A stretch of DNA of 64,000 nucleotides from Candidatus Latescibacterota bacterium (GTDB lineage Bacteria; Latescibacterota; UBA2968; UBA8231), in assembly GCA_965223905.1 (NCBI GenBank), contig CBDCXV010000009.1:320001-384000 (forward strand), read 5' to 3'. Shown one piece after another: positions 9,196-19,074 of the stretch. Every line of letters starts with the position of its first letter. The stretch's first letter is position 1. Both the position numbers and the translations under genes were made by a program. A model generated the notes under the pieces. The model was not told where the DNA came from. It did no database searches and saw nothing but the letters and a program-made list of their open reading frames with translations.

Positions 9196-10474
9196 ACGAC
9201 AATTCCAGGGCGCTGTACGCACGCGCGACGAAGCTGATCCCGGGCGGCGTCAACAGCCCGGTGCGGGCTTTCAAGGCGGTCGGTGGGGACCCCCTCTTCA
9301 TCCGCGAGGCGGACGGCCCCTACGTCGTCGACGCCGACGGCAGGCGCTACATCGACTACGTCGGCTCCTGGGGGCCGATGATTCTCGGGCACCGCCCGCC
9401 GGCCGTCATCGAGGCGCTGGCAGGGGTGCTCGGGCGCGGCACCAGCTTCGGCGCCCCGACCGACATCGAGGTGGAGATGGCCGCCCTGATCGCCGAGGTG
9501 GTGCCGTCGGTGGAGAAGGTGCGCATGGTCAACTCCGGCACCGAGGCCTGCATGACCGCGGTCCGCCTTGCCCGGGGGTTCACCGGGCGCGACGTGGTGC
9601 TGAAGTTCAACGGCTGCTACCACGGCCACTCCGACAGCCTGCTGGTCGACGCCGGCAGCGGCGTCGCCACCTTCGGCATCGCCGGCAGCCCGGGAGTCCC
9701 GGCGGATATCGCCCGCCTCACCGCCAGCATCGAGTTCAACGACCTCGAACTTCTGAGGAAATCGATCGAAAACCTCGGGCCCGGCAACGTCGCCGCGGTG
9801 ATCCTCGAGCCGGTGCCGGGAAACATGGGACTGGTGCTTCCGCATCCCGGCTTCCTGCAGAGGGTGCGCGAGCTGTGCAGCGAGCACGAAATCCTGCTGA
9901 TCTTCGACGAGGTGATGACGGGGTTCCGCGTCGGACTGGGAGGGGCCCAGGAGCGCTTCGGCGTCATGCCCGACCTGTGCACTTTTCCAAGGTCATCGGG
10001 GGCGGACTGCCGGTCGGAGCCTTCGGGGGCAGGGCCGACATCATGGACGCGCTGGCACCGGCCGGTCCGGTGTACCAGGCCGGCACCCTGTCGGGGAATC
10101 CGCTCGCCATGACCGCGGGGCTGGCGACCTTGCGCTGCCTCCGCGACGAGGATCCCTACCCGGAGCTGGAGGAGCGCGGCGCGCAGTGGGTCGCCGGCAT
10201 GAGGGAAGCGGCCGCCGCGGCCGGCGTCGAGGCCGTGGTCGATCACTGCGGCTCGATGGTCGGCCTGTTCTTTTCCGCCGGCCCGGTCGCCAACTACGCC
10301 GACGTCCAGCGCGCCGACACCGGGCTGTTCCAGCGCTACTTCCGCGGCATGCTGGAGGAGGGGATCTACATCGCCCCCTCCGCCTTCGAGGTCGGGTTCA
10401 TTTCGACGACGCACTCCTCCGACCTGGTGGATGAAACCGTCGCCGCTGCCGGCCGCGTGCTGTCGAGGCTGTAG
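9192..10474 (+). CDS. hemL: Glutamate-1-semialdehyde 2,1-aminomutase; frameshift in a T-run near 9985, probably a sequencing error
   Basis: [33 protein letters not shown], then [11 protein letters not shown] and QAGTLSGNP in the next frame. Confidence 0.93.
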
Positions 10475-10656
10475 CCGGGATTCCTCCCGCGGCACGGGTG
10501 CCCCTTTAGTGCTTCGGAACATATCAACCGCTCGCCAGTCAAAGTCGGAATGGGTCAGCGCCGCGGCTTGTCCGTGAACAGGCTACAGGCGCGCGGAGAC
10601 CGTTGAGGAGTTTCCTGGTTCTACTCAGTGGAAGACTGCCACGGAAGGAAAAGTCG

Positions 10657-11121
10657 ATGGATCGTATTCAAAGAGGTCTTGCGGGGATTGCCGTCATCCT
10701 GGCGGCAGTTTTTTGCGGTTGTTCAGGTGACGCCGCCATCAATGCCGATGGAGACTCGGACAGCATCGCGGAAGGTGGAGGCGAACACGATCGCGATGGC
10801 GGGGAGAATGGAGGCGGGGAAGGGGAAGAGTCAGGGACGGAACTCGCCTTGAACGAGATCTACGACGAGGTCCGGAACGGTGTCCGACTGATTCTGGCCT
10901 ACGACGCGGAAACCAATTCCTTCAACGGCACGGTGGACAACACCACCGACAGGACCTTGAAACGAGTCCGGGTTGAAGTTCACCTGTCGAACGGAAAGGA
11001 GCTCGGCCCGACAACTCCTGCTGATCTCGCCCCCGGAGAGAAACGAGACATCGAACTGGTGGCGACAGGCCGGGACTTCGATGGGTGGACGGCCCACCCC
11101 GACGTCGGAGGCGAAACATGA
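10657..11121 (+). CDS. Putative lipoprotein with Gly/acidic linker and Ig-like (FxLYD-like) domain
   Basis: Hydrophobic signal ending FCGC, Gly/Glu-rich linker, then GTVDNTT..RVRVEVHL..LAPGE. Confidence 0.6.
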   Translation: MDRIQRGLAGIAVILAAVFCGCSGDAAINADGDSDSIAEGGGEHDRDGGENGGGEGEESGTELALNEIYDEVRNGVRLILAYDAETNSFNGTVDNTTDRTLKRVRVEVHLSNGKELGPTTPADLAPGEKRDIELVATGRDFDGWTAHPDVGGET

Positions 11122-11425
11122 TCGCGAGAAGGCACCCGGAAGCTGACGAGATCTTGGAGCAGTTCCTTCCCGGTCTCTTCCCGGCAGCGGATGGGATTCG
11201 TCGGCGTCAGGGCGGCATAAAGTCCTGTCCGTGCCGGGGGCGACGCGACCTGCGATTTGCCTGACTTGCGCCGCGGCAATACGTTTACAGACAGCTTTCA
11301 AGCTCACCTACCCAATCCTTCCGCGATTTCCAGCGTCACCTCTCGGCTCCAATTCGACCTGTTTTGGTGGTATCTCCCGAGGTCACGTCGCCGTTTATCC
11401 CGGGTCCACCGAAACAGGAGTCATC

Positions 11426-12670
11426 ATGCCTCATCAGTTCGAAGAGCTCTCACTGAGCACACCCCTTCTCCGCGCCTTGACGGAGGAGGGGTATGAACAA
11501 CCCACCCTCGTTCAGCGCGCGGCCATACCGGAAGTGCTGGACGGCAACGACGTTCTCGCCGCTGCCCAGACCGGCACCGGAAAAACCGCCGCCTTTACGC
11601 TGCCCATGCTCCAGCTGCTGCAGGCGCAGAAGAACGGCAACAGGCCGATCCGCGGCCTGATCCTGACGCCGACGCGGGAGCTGGCCCTTCAGGTTGCCGA
11701 GAGTCTGAGCAACTACGGCCGTCACCTGCCGCTGCGCGCAACGGTCCTGCTCGGCGGCGTCTCCGCGGGACCGCAGATCGCCGCCCTGCGCAAGAGACCG
11801 GACATCCTCGTCGCAACGCCGGGGCGGCTGCTCGATTTGTACCGGCAGCGCGAGGTCAAACTCGATGGCGTGGAAATTCTCGTCCTCGACGAGGCGGACC
11901 GCATGCTCGACATGGGTTTTTCCCCCGACGTCCGCCGCATCGTCTCGGCGACACCGCGAACGCGCCAGACGTTGCTTTTTTCGGCGACCCTGTCCGCGGA
12001 CATCGCCGAGCTCTCCCGCGACTTGCTGCGCGATCCGTCCCGCATCGAAGTCACCCCGGCCGCTTCGGTTCCGGAGCAGATCGATCAGAAGGTTTTCTTC
12101 GTCGCGCAGGAGCATAAACGCAACCTGCTGACGGCGGTTCTCAAGGACGAGAAGACAAAACGGGCCCTGGTTTTTACACGCACGAAACACCGCGCCAACC
12201 GCCTGACCAGACAGCTGCGCAACGGGGGCATCGAAGTCGAGGTCATGCACTCGAACAAGGGACAAGGCGCCCGGCAGGCGGCGCTCAAGGCGTTCGATCT
12301 CGGCCGGGTCAAGGTCCTGGTCGCAACCGACATCGCCGCTCGCGGGATCGACGTTGACGCCATTTCGCACGTGATCAACTACGAGATGCCCATCGACCCC
12401 GAAAGTTATGTGCACCGCATCGGCCGCACGGCTCGCGCCGGGTGTATCGGGATGGCGATGTCGTTCTGCAACGCCGAAGAGGTCGGCCTGATCAAGGGTA
12501 TCGAACGGCTTACCCGCTCCCGGCTGGTCGCGGAAAAGGACCACCCCTTTCACTCTGCCTCGATAGCTGCACTGCGGTCTGGTCAGGCGCCTGAACCGGC
12601 ACGCACCGAACGGCCCGAACCGCGCCGGCAATTCGGGCGCAGCACCAGAAAAGCAACCCGCCGCCGCTAG
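11426..12670 (+). CDS. rhlE: DEAD-box ATP-dependent RNA helicase (RhlE-like)
   Basis: AQTGTGKT, PTRELA, TPGRLLD, DEAD, SAT, ARGID, HRIGRTAR. AGGAG SD before ATG 11426. Confidence 0.85.
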   Translation: MPHQFEELSLSTPLLRALTEEGYEQPTLVQRAAIPEVLDGNDVLAAAQTGTGKTAAFTLPMLQLLQAQKNGNRPIRGLILTPTRELALQVAESLSNYGRHLPLRATVLLGGVSAGPQIAALRKRPDILVATPGRLLDLYRQREVKLDGVEILVLDEADRMLDMGFSPDVRRIVSATPRTRQTLLFSATLSADIAELSRDLLRDPSRIEVTPAASVPEQIDQKVFFVAQEHKRNLLTAVLKDEKTKRALVFTRTKHRANRLTRQLRNGGIEVEVMHSNKGQGARQAALKAFDLGRVKVLVATDIAARGIDVDAISHVINYEMPIDPESYVHRIGRTARAGCIGMAMSFCNAEEVGLIKGIERLTRSRLVAEKDHPFHSASIAALRSGQAPEPARTERPEPRRQFGRSTRKATRRR

Positions 12671-12817
12671 GCGGTCCCCGGATGAACGGATGATGCACCG
12701 TTCCCACCTGCGCTGCATTTGACCGAACCGCTCCATGGGTTCCCTGCCGGTTGCACACGCGGCAGGTGTCTTCTTCTTCTCAATACTTAAACACTTAGTT
12801 AGGAAAGGACTGACTCG

Positions 12818-13387
12818 ATGAAGAAATCCGCACCTGCACTGCTCGCTGCCCTCGCCGCCACCGCTTTTTCGGTATCCGCCGAGGAGGGTGGCGAGATGCC
12901 AGCCGAAGGGGAAGGCTCCATGCATCCCCCGCCCTACGTCGGCTCGCCGGATTTCGAGCGGCTGAAAGCGATAGCCGGCAGCTGGGTGGTGACCGAGGGC
13001 ATGCCGAAGGGCGAAGGAGCCGAAGGCAAGGAGGGGATGATGGCCGCGGCCGAGTACCGCGTCGCCGCCAACGGCAGCGTCGTCGTCGAGCGCAACTTCC
13101 CGGACACGCCGAAGGAGATGATCTCCGTGTACCACGACCGCGGGGGCAAGCTGTCGATGACCCATTACTGCGCTATGGGCAACCAGCCGCAGATGAGCCT
13201 TGCCAGCTCCGAAGACGGGGTGCTGACCTTCGAGCTGGTTAAGGGCTCCCTAGAATCGGAAGAAATGCCGCACATGAACTCGGTGTCGATTGCCTTCGAC
13301 GGGGGGGACGAGATGTCCCAGGCCTGGTCGATGTTCGATGGAAGCGGGCAGATGACGCACACCATGACCTTCCGCCGTGCCCAGTAG
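12818..13387 (+). CDS. Secreted Met-rich hypothetical protein
   Basis: Signal peptide MKKSAPALLAALAATAFSVSA; conserved-looking EMISVYH...MTHYCAMGNQPQM. Confidence 0.75.
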   Translation: MKKSAPALLAALAATAFSVSAEEGGEMPAEGEGSMHPPPYVGSPDFERLKAIAGSWVVTEGMPKGEGAEGKEGMMAAAEYRVAANGSVVVERNFPDTPKEMISVYHDRGGKLSMTHYCAMGNQPQMSLASSEDGVLTFELVKGSLESEEMPHMNSVSIAFDGGDEMSQAWSMFDGSGQMTHTMTFRRAQ

Positions 13388-13506
13388 TTCGGTATAGGCA
13401 TCCCGCCGCGGGCATGTGAGCGGAGGCATGACACGGCGTTTGTATTCCGCGGCGTAGATGGTACCTTTGCCGCCCATGATGTAGTTCTGTCTCGTTCCCC
13501 CGTACC

Positions 13507-14250
13507 ATGAACATTCCAGAGCCGCTGACTCATGTCCAGAAGGCCGCCGAAGCCCTGAATGCAGGGAACTTCGGGGATGCCGTCGAACATGCCACGCAGG
13601 CATTGGCGTCAGATCCGACCGACGTGGTTGTCCGGCGTATCCTCGGCTCCGCCTACGTGTTCAGCGCCGCCAGATATACCGACCCACAGCAGCAGAGGAA
13701 ATACATCGGGGTTGGGCTGAAGGAATTGGAAAAGGCCCTGACCGTTGCTCCCGGAAATCCCCAAACCCTGACGTCGCTGGCTTTCTGTCTGTCTTTTATC
13801 GGCGAGCGCGAGCAGGCAATCGGCTATTTCAAGGAGGTCATCCAGTCCACTCCACCCCGTCCGCAACCCTACGAAGGCATCGTGTCGCTGCTCATCGACC
13901 TGGAACGCATCGATGATGCGCAACCCTACGTAGCCGCCTACTTCGAGTGCTTCCGCCGGCCGCTGCCCGTTGCCGTCACCAGCTTCAAGTGCGGCGATCA
14001 CGCTTTCGAGAGCGGGGGAATTTCCCTCGAACTCGGGGTGGAGCCGGAGGAGGGCCTCTACTCGTGTGACGCCGATGACATCCGCGTGTTCGGATTAGGC
14101 AAGACGCTGCAAGAGGCCATGGATGAGTGGCGCAAGGTCTTCAAGTTGACCTACGACGATTTTGTCGAGGGTGACGACCCGTTGTCGGAATCGGGCCGGC
14201 GGTACGCCGAGCAGTTGCGCTCGGCCGTGAAGGTCTCGACCGAATCCTGA
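13507..14250 (+). CDS. TPR-repeat protein with C-terminal HicB-like antitoxin domain
   Basis: About 145 aa of helical repeats (A..AL..DP, A..YF..I..P), then EEGLYSCDADDIRVFGLGKTLQEAMDEW, a HicB-like pattern. Confidence 0.6.
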   Translation: MNIPEPLTHVQKAAEALNAGNFGDAVEHATQALASDPTDVVVRRILGSAYVFSAARYTDPQQQRKYIGVGLKELEKALTVAPGNPQTLTSLAFCLSFIGEREQAIGYFKEVIQSTPPRPQPYEGIVSLLIDLERIDDAQPYVAAYFECFRRPLPVAVTSFKCGDHAFESGGISLELGVEPEEGLYSCDADDIRVFGLGKTLQEAMDEWRKVFKLTYDDFVEGDDPLSESGRRYAEQLRSAVKVSTES

Positions 14251-14251
14251 C

Positions 14252-14542
14252 ATGCCGCCCCCGGTGTCCGTGCGCAAGGCCGTTCGATGCCTGCAGCGCA
14301 AGGGATTTCGGATCGACAACCGGGACCACCGCCGGTACGTGCACTATGACTCCGAGGGAAAGAAGACAGGGGCTTACGTTTACTTCTCACATGGGGGAAC
14401 GGCATCCGGAGAGGTGGGCCCAAGTCTTCTCCAGCGGATGAAGCGGGAACTTCAGCTGGGTACGATCCAAGAGGTTCGGGCTTTGCTGACATGCACCATG
14501 GAGGAGGAGTTCCTGCACCGCCGCATCCCTTTCAGATCTTGA
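14252..14542 (+). CDS. HicA-like mRNA interferase toxin
   Basis: Basic 96-aa protein: LQRKGF...DHRRY...GKKT...FSHG...LLQRMKREL. Starts 1 nt after the upstream stop. Confidence 0.65.
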   Translation: MPPPVSVRKAVRCLQRKGFRIDNRDHRRYVHYDSEGKKTGAYVYFSHGGTASGEVGPSLLQRMKRELQLGTIQEVRALLTCTMEEEFLHRRIPFRS

Positions 14543-14592
14543 AACGAAAATTACCGTGAGACAGCTTCGAATCGTTGCGGGTGTTTCCTGTC

Positions 14593-16035
14593 ATGCCTGA
14601 GCGTCCGAACATCGTCCTGATCACGACCGATCAGCAGCGCGGAGACTGCGTCAGCCGCGACCCGCAGGCGCCGGCCCCGCTGCAGACGCCGAACCTCGAC
14701 TGGCTGGGGCGCTCGGGGGCGCACTTCCTGCACGCCTACGCCGAATGCCCGAGCTGCATCCCGGCGCGGCGCTCGCTGATGTCGGGGATGGCGCCGGCCG
14801 CCAACGGCATGGTCGGCTTCGAGGTCGCCGAGTGGAACCCGCCGCACACGCTGGCGGGGGAGCTGTCGAAAGGCGGCTACCAGACCGAGATGATCGGCAA
14901 GGCCCACCTCTTCCCGCTGCGCCGCCGCTTCGGCTTCGACCGCGTGCAGCTCGCCGACGCCACCAGGGGTCCGGAGAACGACTACGTCGACTGGCTGCGC
15001 GAGCGCCACGGACGCTTCGAGGTCGATCCCGGCATGGGGCACGGCGTCTCCTCCAACGGCTGGGTCGGGCGGCCCCACCACCTGCCCGAGGAGCAGATGC
15101 ACACCTTCTGGGTCATCGACCGCGCCATGGAGTTCCTGAAGAAGCGGGACCCGTCGGCGCCGTTCTTCCTCAACCTTTCCTTCATCGATCCGCATCCGCC
15201 GCTGACGCCGCCGGCGTTCTATTACCACCGCTACATCGAGCGGGAGATCCCGGCGCCGGTTGTCGGGGACTGGGCTCCGCAGCTCGACGGGCCGCAGACC
15301 GGGCTCGACCCGAACGCCTGGGAGATCTGCCTCGACGAGCAGCAGATGCGCTGTTCGCGCGCCGCCTACTACGGCATGGTCAACTTCATCGACGACCAGA
15401 TCGGGCGCCTCATCCAGTTCACCTCGGGCCTCGACGACTGCCTCGTCGTCTTCACCTCCGACCACGGCGAGATGCTTGGTGACCACAACCTCTTCCGCAA
15501 GACCTGGCCTTACGAGGCCTCGGCGCGGGTGCCGTTCATCGTGCGGGCCCCTGCCGCCTGGCAGCTGTCCGGCGGGATCGTCAGCTCATCCCCGGTCGGA
15601 CTCCAGGACGTCATGCCGACCCTGCTCGACGCAGCGGGAGTGCAGATTCCCGGCAACTGCACCGGCCGCAGCCTGCTGCCGGTGATCCGGGGGGAGGAGA
15701 CCTCGGTGCGCGAGGTCCTCCACGGGGAGCACGCCGGCTGCTACGACTACGGCCACGGCAACCATTTCCTCACCGACGGGGGCCACAAGTACGTCTGGTA
15801 CTCGCAGAGCGGCCGCGAGCAGCTCTTCGATCTCGACGCCGACCCGCAGGAGGAGCGGGACCTGGCGCTGTTGGCAGACGGCGAGGGCCGGCTCGCCCCC
15901 TGGCGCGAGCGGCTCGTCGAGGTGCTGCGGGATCGGCCGGAGGGGTTCGTCGAGGGCGGGCGCCTGGTTGCCGGGCGGCCGCACCGGAACCTGATTCCGG
16001 GGTACGACCCGGGCGAGACGTACGATTTCCTGTGA
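14593..16035 (+). CDS. Cys-type (formylglycine-dependent) sulfatase
   Basis: PNIVLITTDQQR, CIPARRSLMSG, GKAH, DPHPP, TSDHGEMLG. Confidence 0.93.
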   Translation: MPERPNIVLITTDQQRGDCVSRDPQAPAPLQTPNLDWLGRSGAHFLHAYAECPSCIPARRSLMSGMAPAANGMVGFEVAEWNPPHTLAGELSKGGYQTEMIGKAHLFPLRRRFGFDRVQLADATRGPENDYVDWLRERHGRFEVDPGMGHGVSSNGWVGRPHHLPEEQMHTFWVIDRAMEFLKKRDPSAPFFLNLSFIDPHPPLTPPAFYYHRYIEREIPAPVVGDWAPQLDGPQTGLDPNAWEICLDEQQMRCSRAAYYGMVNFIDDQIGRLIQFTSGLDDCLVVFTSDHGEMLGDHNLFRKTWPYEASARVPFIVRAPAAWQLSGGIVSSSPVGLQDVMPTLLDAAGVQIPGNCTGRSLLPVIRGEETSVREVLHGEHAGCYDYGHGNHFLTDGGHKYVWYSQSGREQLFDLDADPQEERDLALLADGEGRLAPWRERLVEVLRDRPEGFVEGGRLVAGRPHRNLIPGYDPGETYDFL

Positions 16036-16115
16036 GCCGGCCGCGGGGCGATCGAAGCAAAACGGATTGCGAGCTGGTTGAAGCCGAACCGGCCACCTGA
16101 CAGGATGGAGATCGT

Positions 16116-17591
16116 ATGAGAGCGGTAATGGTGATGTTCGACTCGCTGAACCGGCACATGCTGCCGCCCTACGGCTGCGACTGGACGCACGCGCCGAACT
16201 TCCGGCGGCTCGCGGAGCGCACCGTCACCTTCGACAACAGCTACATCTGCTCGATGCCCTGCATGCCGGCGCGCCGCGACCTGCATACCGGGCGGCCCAA
16301 TTTCCTGCACCGGGCCTGGGGGCCGCTGGAGCCGTTCGACGACTCGGTCCCGCGCCTGCTGCGCGACAGCGGAATCTCCTCGCACCTGGTCAGCGACCAC
16401 TACCACTACTGGGAAACCGGCGGCGCCACCTACCACACCCAGTACTCGACCTGGCAGTTCTTCCGCGGCCAGGAGGGCGACCCGTGGATGGGCCAGGCGG
16501 CCCCGGCTCCTTCCGGCCCGGCCGCGGGCCAGAACGCCTCGGAGAGCGGCTGGCACCGCCAGGACCGGGTCAACCGCGGCTTCATGCGCCGCGAGCAGGA
16601 CCAGCCGCAGCCGCAGACCTTCGCCGCCGGCATCGACTTCATGCGCCGCAACCGCGGCGAGGACGACTGGTTTCTGCAGATCGAGACCTTCGACCCGCAC
16701 GAGCCCTTCTTCACGCAGCGGCACTACCAGGACCTCTACCCCGACCTGATCCGGGACCGCGCGGCGCCGCTGTTCGACTGGCCGAAGTACGGCCCGGTGA
16801 CCGAGCCGCGGGAGCTGGCCGACCAGTGCCGGGGGCGCTACGCGGCGCTGCTGAGCATGTGCGACGCCCGCCTCGGGGACGTGCTCGACGAGATGGACCG
16901 CCTCGAGATGTGGGAGGACACCATGCTCGTCGTCTGGACCGACCACGGGTTCCTGCTGGGGGAGCGGGACCTCTGGGCCAAGGGGCAGATGCCGTGGTAC
17001 CGCGAGCACGCCAACACGCCGTTCTTCGTCTGGGACCCCCGTTGCCGAAAGAGCGGCGAGCGCCGCTCATCGCTGGTGCAGCCGTCCATCGACCTGGGGC
17101 CGACGCTGCTCGACCTGTTCGGCCTCGAACCCACCTCCGACATGCTCGGGCAGCCGCTGGCCGGCGTCGTCGACGGCGACCGACCGGTGCGGGAAGCCGC
17201 CCTCTTCGGGGTTCACGGCGGGCACGTCAACGTCACCGACGGCCGCTTCGTGTACATGCGCGCGTCCGCCACCGATGACAACAGCCCGCTCTTCAACTAC
17301 ACCCTGATGCCCGCCCACATGCGCGACATGTTCCCGGTGCAGGAGCTGGCCGCCGCGGAGCTGACGCCCCCCTTCTCCTTCACCAAGGGATGCCGGCCGA
17401 TGCGCACCGCATGCCTGAAGCCGCCCCCGTCGATCAGCTTCGAGACGCTGCTGTTCGACCTCGAAAGCGACGAGTGGCAGCGGCGGCCACTCTCCGATGC
17501 CGGGGTGGAGGATCGCATGTCCGGCCTGATGCGGGGGTTGATGCGGGACTGCGACGCGCCGGGCGAGCAGTACGAACGCCTCGGACTGTAA
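16116..17591 (+). CDS. Cys-type sulfatase
   Basis: MVMFDSLNR, CMPARRDLHTG, FDPHEPF, TDHGFLLG. Confidence 0.92.
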   Translation: MRAVMVMFDSLNRHMLPPYGCDWTHAPNFRRLAERTVTFDNSYICSMPCMPARRDLHTGRPNFLHRAWGPLEPFDDSVPRLLRDSGISSHLVSDHYHYWETGGATYHTQYSTWQFFRGQEGDPWMGQAAPAPSGPAAGQNASESGWHRQDRVNRGFMRREQDQPQPQTFAAGIDFMRRNRGEDDWFLQIETFDPHEPFFTQRHYQDLYPDLIRDRAAPLFDWPKYGPVTEPRELADQCRGRYAALLSMCDARLGDVLDEMDRLEMWEDTMLVVWTDHGFLLGERDLWAKGQMPWYREHANTPFFVWDPRCRKSGERRSSLVQPSIDLGPTLLDLFGLEPTSDMLGQPLAGVVDGDRPVREAALFGVHGGHVNVTDGRFVYMRASATDDNSPLFNYTLMPAHMRDMFPVQELAAAELTPPFSFTKGCRPMRTACLKPPPSISFETLLFDLESDEWQRRPLSDAGVEDRMSGLMRGLMRDCDAPGEQYERLGL

Positions 17592-17606
17592 GGACCCCCT
17601 TTTTCC

Positions 17607-17798
17607 GTGATCGACACTCTCGTCAGCTACATCGAGCGCCTGACGCGCAGCGACGCCTTCGAGATCGCCGCCGCCGTCGCCGTCCTCCTCGCCTGGTGGT
17701 TCGCCAGCAGGGTGCGGCGCGCGCTGCGCCTGCTCAACGGCGAGGACCCTTCCGGCCCGACGGAACCGCGGCCGCGCCGGCGCCTGCCCCTTTCCTGA
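17607..17798 (+). CDS. Small single-TM membrane protein
   Basis: 63 aa with hydrophobic IAAAVAVLLAWWF; AGGA SD; fills the operon gap. Confidence 0.5.
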   Translation: MIDTLVSYIERLTRSDAFEIAAAVAVLLAWWFASRVRRALRLLNGEDPSGPTEPRPRRRLPLS

Positions 17799-17816
17799 CT
17801 GCCGCGGGTTCCCCGA

Positions 17817-19022
17817 ATGGAACAGGACCGGATTCGCGAGCGCTGCGAGGCGATGTCGGACCGCGAACTGCTCCTCGCCGCGACCCTGCGCCGCGGCGAG
17901 AACAGTCCCCGCTTTCGCGATGAGGCCCTGCGCCACCTCGAGCGCCGCGGCATCGACCTCGACGAGCTCACCGGCCGCGCCCGCGTGCGCGTCGACGACG
18001 GCGAGGCGCAGACGCTGCCGGCCGCCAGGGCGGTCGAGCTCCTCGGCCACGCCGAACCCTGGCAGACCCTTTCGTTCGTCAGCTGCGTCGGCAACAGCCT
18101 GCTGGTGCAGCGCGAGCCGCGGCAGTGGTGGTCCCATTTCTACGACGGGGACACCTATCGCGGCTCCTTCCGCTGCGAAAGCGGCGAGGAGGTCGCCGGG
18201 GTCCTGCGCCCGTTCCTGAACCTCGAACCCTGGGACGGCGGGGCCGGCGAGCTGCAACGGCTCGACGACTGGTCCCTCCTCATCGATTCCGACGCCGTCG
18301 ATTTCATCGAGTCGATCGCCCTCGACCTCGACGACGCCGGCATCCCGTACACGGTGAGGACGCCGCTGTTCGCCGGTGGGGCCGGCGAGGAGGAGGGGGA
18401 GGTGTACGCCGTCCTGGTGCCGCGGCAGCATTTCGGCGAGGCCTTCGACGCCATCGATGAGGTGGAGGAGACCGTCGTCGACCTCTACGAGGAAGCGGAG
18501 GAGCTGGCGGCCCGGGGTAACCTCTCCGCCGAGCTCGAGGTGTACGACCAGCTCGTCGGGACCGACCCGGAGAACCATGCCGTGTTCTACAACCGAGGGC
18601 ACATCCTCCTCGAGCTCGGGCGCTGGGAAGAGGCGGCCGCGGTCCTGATCGAGGCGGTCTCCCTCGGCATGCAGCGGGTCGACAAGTCGCTGCAGCCGGA
18701 AGAGAGGGGAGCCGCCGGGATCGGCGGCCTGGCCGGGCTGCTGGCGTTCCTGCTGCGGCGCGAGGTCGCCGTCCCGTCGGGTCCGGGCTATCCCGATTTC
18801 ATCGACGACAGCGAGATGCTGCTGGAGCGGCTGCTGCAGAGGCTGCCCGAAAGCGTCGAGATACTGCATTGCCTCGCCTCCATCGCCCGCCTCAAGAACC
18901 GGCGGGAAGCGGCGGAAGCCCACTACCGGCGGGTGCTGGAGATAGATCCTGAGGACAAGGTCGCCTGGTTCAACCTCGGCTACATGCACTCCGAAAAGGG
19001 GGGCGACGCGACCTCGGGCTGA
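17817..19022 (+). CDS. TPR-repeat protein with central DUF2007-like segment
   Basis: LDDAGIPYTVR...VLVP..FGEA; TPRs DPENHAVFYNRG and YRRVLEIDPEDKVAWFNLG. Confidence 0.75.
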   Translation: MEQDRIRERCEAMSDRELLLAATLRRGENSPRFRDEALRHLERRGIDLDELTGRARVRVDDGEAQTLPAARAVELLGHAEPWQTLSFVSCVGNSLLVQREPRQWWSHFYDGDTYRGSFRCESGEEVAGVLRPFLNLEPWDGGAGELQRLDDWSLLIDSDAVDFIESIALDLDDAGIPYTVRTPLFAGGAGEEEGEVYAVLVPRQHFGEAFDAIDEVEETVVDLYEEAEELAARGNLSAELEVYDQLVGTDPENHAVFYNRGHILLELGRWEEAAAVLIEAVSLGMQRVDKSLQPEERGAAGIGGLAGLLAFLLRREVAVPSGPGYPDFIDDSEMLLERLLQRLPESVEILHCLASIARLKNRREAAEAHYRRVLEIDPEDKVAWFNLGYMHSEKGGDATSG

Positions 19023-19074
19023 AGTTGCCGCACGCGGCAGCGGGCCGTACCGTTAGCGCCACGGAGGGACCTGA

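Noticed and set aside
9975-9995. Programmed frameshift in hemL
   Set aside because: No canonical slippery heptamer; one missing T in a T-run restores [10 protein letters not shown], so an error is more parsimonious.
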